DNA of 39,803 bases. It comes from Nitrospirota bacterium (GTDB taxonomy: Bacteria > Nitrospirota > Nitrospiria > Nitrospirales > UBA8639). The stretch is taken from the NCBI GenBank assembly GCA_003233615.1, contig QIMB01000477.1, positions 1-39,803 on the forward strand, in the 5' to 3' direction. Shown piece after piece: positions 36,341 through 39,803 of the stretch. The notes below the pieces were generated by a model. It saw nothing but the letters and a program-made list of their open reading frames with translations, was not told the origin of the DNA and searched no databases. The first letter of the stretch is position 1; each line of letters starts with the position of its first letter. The position numbers and the translations under genes are program-made.

Positions 36341-37316
36341 GTCGGCTCTCCGGTGAATAAATGCGTTTCAGCAACACACGTTCTCTTTCACTGCACGTTT
36401 TCTGTACCTGTTGCAGATTTGCAGACTCCTGGTAGACGAACAAGCCTTGGGTATCCCTCTCGATTGACTCTAATCGGTCGCGGATATGGGACTCCGGCAG
36501 TTTAAACACTTGTCCGGGACTTGCATAACCAACAGATATCTCACGAAAGGAGAGCGTAGATTCCGAAGGGTGGATGCGTGCAAAGAAATCGTTTAGACAA
36601 TAGGCGAACAGTTCTGCGCTAATCTCCGGTTTCGACTCCCGATTCAGCGCGTAGATTGGCTCGCGCTTACCGCAATCCAGGGGCACCTGTCTGTCGCCTA
36701 TTCTGCGCAAGAGATCAAGTTCCACAAGTGGACAGTCAAGGTTATCTTCCCTCACTAGCCCTTTCTTCCCGCGCGTGGGAACGTATGAATGAAAGAAGGT
36801 GTCGACATGATGAGAGAGGGTAGTGTCAGATGGTGGCTTATCAAGGTGCTTGAGTTCATCCCGGGAAGACGACAGAACCGCACTTCGCGTCATTTCAGGC
36901 TCATGCCATTGATTTAACAGATAATGCCAAGCGAAAAGTGGCCCTCTGTCTTGGGTGGATAGTTTCCAGTGTATGAGCCATAGGGTTCGGACATCCTCCA
37001 AATACGAGTCATGTCCGTTCTTGCCTAATACCTGTTGCCCAAATTCGGTAGGGAATATACCTTCTTGCCCGCGAGATTCGGTGATACCTGATGCCTCGGC
37101 CCAAAAGCGGATTGACCTTACCATGTTCTTCCCAACACCCAGAAGAACCATGGCCTCATTTTCTGCAGCGAACACTTTGGGATTGCTACATAGGACATCT
37201 ATCGCTTTCGGTAGCCACGCGTAACGGCATATAAAAGACTCATGACCGGAAAAGCGGAACTTTCTGTTGTGGTTATTCTTCGGTATGAGTGGCGCAGCTT
37301 GTGTTCTATTTCTCAT
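36333..37316 (-). CDS. sspB: DUF4007-family protein, SspB-like
   Basis: FSGHESF..RYAWLPK, LGVGKNMVRSIRFW, DSYLED..TLWLIHW, PLVELDL, SPGQVFKL. Confidence 0.85.
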   Translation of the reverse strand: MRNRTQAAPLIPKNNHNRKFRFSGHESFICRYAWLPKAIDVLCSNPKVFAAENEAMVLLGVGKNMVRSIRFWAEASGITESRGQEGIFPTEFGQQVLGKNGHDSYLEDVRTLWLIHWKLSTQDRGPLFAWHYLLNQWHEPEMTRSAVLSSSRDELKHLDKPPSDTTLSHHVDTFFHSYVPTRGKKGLVREDNLDCPLVELDLLRRIGDRQVPLDCGKREPIYALNRESKPEISAELFAYCLNDFFARIHPSESTLSFREISVGYASPGQVFKLPESHIRDRLESIERDTQGLFVYQESANLQQVQKTCSERERVLLKRIYSPESRRG

Positions 37317-37513
37317 AAGTCACCAGACTGGCCTGACGCCCAGCTCCCGGAAGCAACCCACAGGCTAACTTTGTTTACCTTGAATTTCCACAGTCGGCTG
37401 TCTTGACCGCACAACATTTTCTTCAAGCTCAATTCATCGCTTGGAACAGTTCCATCTGTTCATTCTCGGATAGGTCATCAAGAATGTTTCCAAACGCATC
37501 ATGGCATAAACTA

Positions 37514-37542
37514 AGTATAGCATCCTCTCTTATATGGGTCAA
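37514..37542 (-). promoter_or_regulatory. Sigma-70 promoter upstream of the ssp-like operon
   Basis: - strand TTGACC (37542-37537), 17 bp spacer ending TGC (extended -10), TATACT (37519-37514). Confidence 0.65.
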
Positions 37543-37795
37543 TAATTTTTTGGCTTTTCCTACTTGGTCTTTGGAACCGGACATTTGGCTAAAAGACAGG
37601 GGCTAAAAACATCTTGGCTAATGTTGACTAAATAATACGACACCCCTTGTGAACGTGTTATTTTTTGTGTCACGCTTTGGGAAAATCCGGCAAAACATGC
37701 AAAAGCTATCTAATAGGAACAAAAAAGTTAACTCCTTTATTTTATTATGTCTATGCATAAATCTAAAGAAATTAACCCGGGATGAAAGGATATAA

Positions 37796-37882
37796 CGGAG
37801 AGGCCGGGATTCGAACCCGGGGTGGAGTTGCCCCCACAACTGCTTAGCAGGCAGCTGCCTTAAACCGCTCGGCCACCTCTCT
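37796..37882 (-). tRNA. tRNA-Ser(GCT), CCA not encoded
   Basis: Folded by hand: anticodon arm GCTGC-CT GCT AA-GCAGT, long variable arm GTGGGG-GCAA-CTCCAC, T arm CCGGG-TTCGAAT-CCCGG, discriminator G73. Confidence 0.93.
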
Positions 37883-37918
37883 GGAATAAGTTTCTTGAAG
37901 AAAATTGCAATTTCTTCC

Positions 37919-37947
37919 CTTATACCAGAAATCAGCTTGAAAAGCAA
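37919..37947 (-). promoter_or_regulatory. Probable sigma-70 promoter of tRNA-Ser(GCT)
   Basis: - strand TTGCTT, 17 bp spacer ending TGG, TATAAG, about 37 bp upstream of the tRNA. Confidence 0.5.
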
Positions 37948-37977
37948 TTGAATTAATGTCCCCCCGGCAATAAATTA

Positions 37978-37995
37978 TTGTCAAATATTGTAAAG
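37978..37995 (+). repeat. 18-bp direct repeat, copy 1 (TTGTCAAATATTGTAAAG)
   Basis: Identical to 39395-39412. Confidence 0.85.
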
Positions 37996-38242
37996 CTCCG
38001 GGGAGAGGAGAATGGGGGGAGACGGAGGTGCATATGTTTGCTAAAAGAGGAAGAGGGCGGGGGTACCTTTCTATGGGGGTTACTACCTGCCCAATAACTT
38101 TTCCCCTGCTTGCTACTTTCTCTTCCGATAAGTTTCCAAGAATGCCGTTGGGGATACTACCAGCATATTTTGTTGTTTCCTTACCGGATAATGCTTAGGG
38201 TTCCCGGTAAGTGCCACCTCTAAGAAGGGTTCAGCTTTTGCG

Positions 38243-38975
38243 CTAAATTATTTTCTTCGAAGATGCCCCTGCTTTATGAAGGTGCAACAATAAAGACTTG
38301 CTCCTTCTAAAGGCCAACAGCCCAATTATGCCGGAACTAAATAACCAAACTGCTGCTGGTTCAGGAATCGAACTCAATTGCAATGAAACATCATCGAAAA
38401 ATCCATCACTGGACGCGCCTATAGTCCGACCAGTGGTAAGCAAAATTTTAATTGAGCGTGTCGCGCTGGGAAGTAGGCGGGTATCCGAAAAGAAGTTCCA
38501 GTCAGGCAAAGTTACATTGCTTGTATCCACAAAAAAGAAAGAATCTAATACTCTCTTATCTCCAGCGAGAAAGGATACGTCAACCTGAGCCGTATCCACA
38601 TATGATGGAGCAGCTGGATCAGCACGGCTTTGTAGCTCAATACCAAATATCGATTTTATTTTCCCGGCATCAATCTTGATCGAATTACCACTCACGTCAA
38701 TAGTCTGTAGTAATGTTTGAGTATATGGTACCTGTGCCGCCAGTAAAAACAAAGGACCCAAACCCTGCTGCCGGGGTACCAGGAGACGTTACAGCATCAA
38801 TACCTGTACTAATCCAACCTGTTGTGCCTCCCTCTTCTGCTCCACCATTTATAACCAACTCTGTATTTAACAAAGCAGCATTTGCCTGTGGAGCACCAAT
38901 CATCGCGCCTATACTAAAGAACATCACTCCCATAAACAGTAAAACTTTTTTTATATTTACTTTTAAGCTTATCAT
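38243..38975 (-). pseudogene. PEP-CTERM-type surface protein split by a frameshift near 38730
   Basis: ORF 38697..38975 gives a signal peptide plus ELVINGGAE..TGW..FTGGTG; ORF 38243..38761 continues PYTQTLLQTIDVS...FFDDVSL..IPEPAAVWLFSSGIIGLLAFRR (PEP, transmembrane segment, basic tail). Confidence 0.85.
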
Positions 38976-39088
38976 TTTTCAATCTCCATTATTTTAAAGT
39001 TGCTTTAAATACATTTAATCATTATTTGCTCAACAAAATGATAGGAACTTCGTTTTTCCGGACAGCGGCACTATTACCCGTATTAAGT

Positions 39089-39104
39089 AGCAATTTTCGT
39101 GCCA
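39089..39104 (-). promoter_or_regulatory. Sigma-54 (-24/-12) promoter of the PEP-CTERM gene
   Basis: - strand TGGCAC-GAAAA-TTGCT matches consensus TGGCAC-N5-TTGC(A/T); about 114 bp upstream of the ATG. Confidence 0.8.
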
Positions 39105-39394
39105 GATTCCCTTCCCACCAAAAATTATTTTGATTGTTTCCTTAAATCCTTGCCTGACAAAGGCTTATGATGATGAGGTTTTTCATTCCCCCGAGGGGAC
39201 ATCTCCTCTCTTATTATCCAGATGCCCAAATAAATGAACACCCACTCCTTAAACAACAGGGGAAATTTGATCTAACCTGCTGTTATACAACAAATTAACT
39301 TGAATGTTGATATTTATCAACAAGGAGTGCCGTCAACGGGAGCGAAGCCCGGGATCATTTAAATGGTCGCTATCCTTATTAAAACCTGGTGTTT

Positions 39395-39412
39395 TTGTCA
39401 AATATTGTAAAG
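39395..39412 (+). repeat. 18-bp direct repeat, copy 2 (TTGTCAAATATTGTAAAG)
   Basis: Identical to 37978-37995. Confidence 0.85.
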
Positions 39413-39438
39413 TGAAACCGGCTTTTATTGTAAAGCAA

Positions 39439-39630
39439 CTATTTGGCCTTGGCCCTTCTTATCATAAAATCAACCGCCTTACAACAATTCATCGTCTCGA
39501 TGGTGATATGGGGATGGTTATTTTGAAATACCCTGAATATCTCATCGGCAAAGCCTTGCCCTACCATTTTAACTTTATTGAAATCCAAGGCAATAATTTT
39601 AAATTTAATGTGGGTATTTATCGACACATA
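39439..39630 (-). pseudogene. C-terminal remnant of a DUF4325/STAS-like domain protein
   Basis: FKIIALDFNKVKMVGQGFADEIFRVFQNNHPHITIE..N...V.FMIRRA; the upstream part of the ORF runs through an inverted repeat. Confidence 0.65.
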
Positions 39631-39653
39631 TTTAACCAATGAACGTTTTTGAA

Positions 39654-39699
39654 CGAAAATGGGGACAGTCCGCTGAAGGGACAGTTGTCCCCATTTTCG
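39654..39699. repeat. Perfect 14-bp inverted repeat (terminator-like or REP-like hairpin) 3' of tRNA-Ser(TGA)
   Basis: CGAAAATGGGGACA (39654-39667) pairs with TGTCCCCATTTTCG (39686-39699); inner GTCC/GGAC can also pair. Confidence 0.75.
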
Positions 39700-39727
39700 A
39701 ATCCTCAAGAGTTCGAATTGGTTACAA

Positions 39728-39803
39728 TGGCGGAGGGCGAGGGATTCGAACCCCCAAGGGCTTGCGCCCGGCGGTTTTCAAGACCGCTGCCTTACCGTTA
39801 GGT
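39728..39803 (-). tRNA. tRNA-Ser(TGA), 5' end outside the window, CCA encoded
   Basis: - strand ...GCGGT-CT TGA AA-ACCGC, variable arm GGGC-GCAA-GCCC, GGGGTTCGAATCCC, ends CCCTCCGCCA. Confidence 0.92.

Noticed and set aside
37433-37588. About 51-aa - strand ORF (MSGSKDQVGKAKK...) upstream of the DUF4007 gene
   Set aside because: No recognisable motif or RBS, and it overlaps the predicted promoter; at most a remnant. Coordinates approximate.
37618-37947. 109-aa ORF from the ORF track
   Set aside because: It reads through the tRNA-Ser gene, so it is spurious.
39728-39803. tRNA-Sec
   Set aside because: The anticodon on the coding strand is TGA (reads UCA, Ser), not TCA.
1-39803. CRISPR array, integron attC array, integrase or prophage genes
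   Set aside because: No regularly spaced repeats and no recombinase or phage structural motifs seen by eye.

Overview
Accessory, island-like window from a bacterium, probably Gram-negative (PEP-CTERM gene with a sigma-54 promoter). Left flank (1-2113): cysC plus two 5'-truncated gene remnants. 2555-26527: a hybrid NRPS-PKS cluster in two convergent operons. The + operon holds sbnA/sbnB 2,3-diaminopropionate (Dap) synthesis genes, a PLP aminotransferase, an Sfp-type PPTase, a stand-alone condensation domain fused to a VOC domain, and two paralogous radical SAM/SPASM enzymes. The - operon holds a C45/Ntn hydrolase, an A-PCP loader, an AT-less KS-ACP-C-A-PCP-C* protein, a third radical SAM, a nucleotidyltransferase and a sulfotransferase. 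A metallophosphoesterase-NACHT-FGE (NLR-like) gene sits where the operons meet. After an IS4 remnant comes a 7-gene candidate defence operon (27266-37316, -): an SspB/C/D-like (BREX type 4-like) DNA phosphorothioation core followed by ParB, a ParB-HTH-only paralogue, a PD-(D/E)xK-like nuclease and a GHKL/MORC ATPase, in place of SspE or SspFGH. It lies just 3' of tRNA-Ser(GCT). Right flank: frameshifted PEP-CTERM gene, DUF4325-like remnant and a partial tRNA-Ser(TGA). All family calls come from motif recognition by eye, not database searches.
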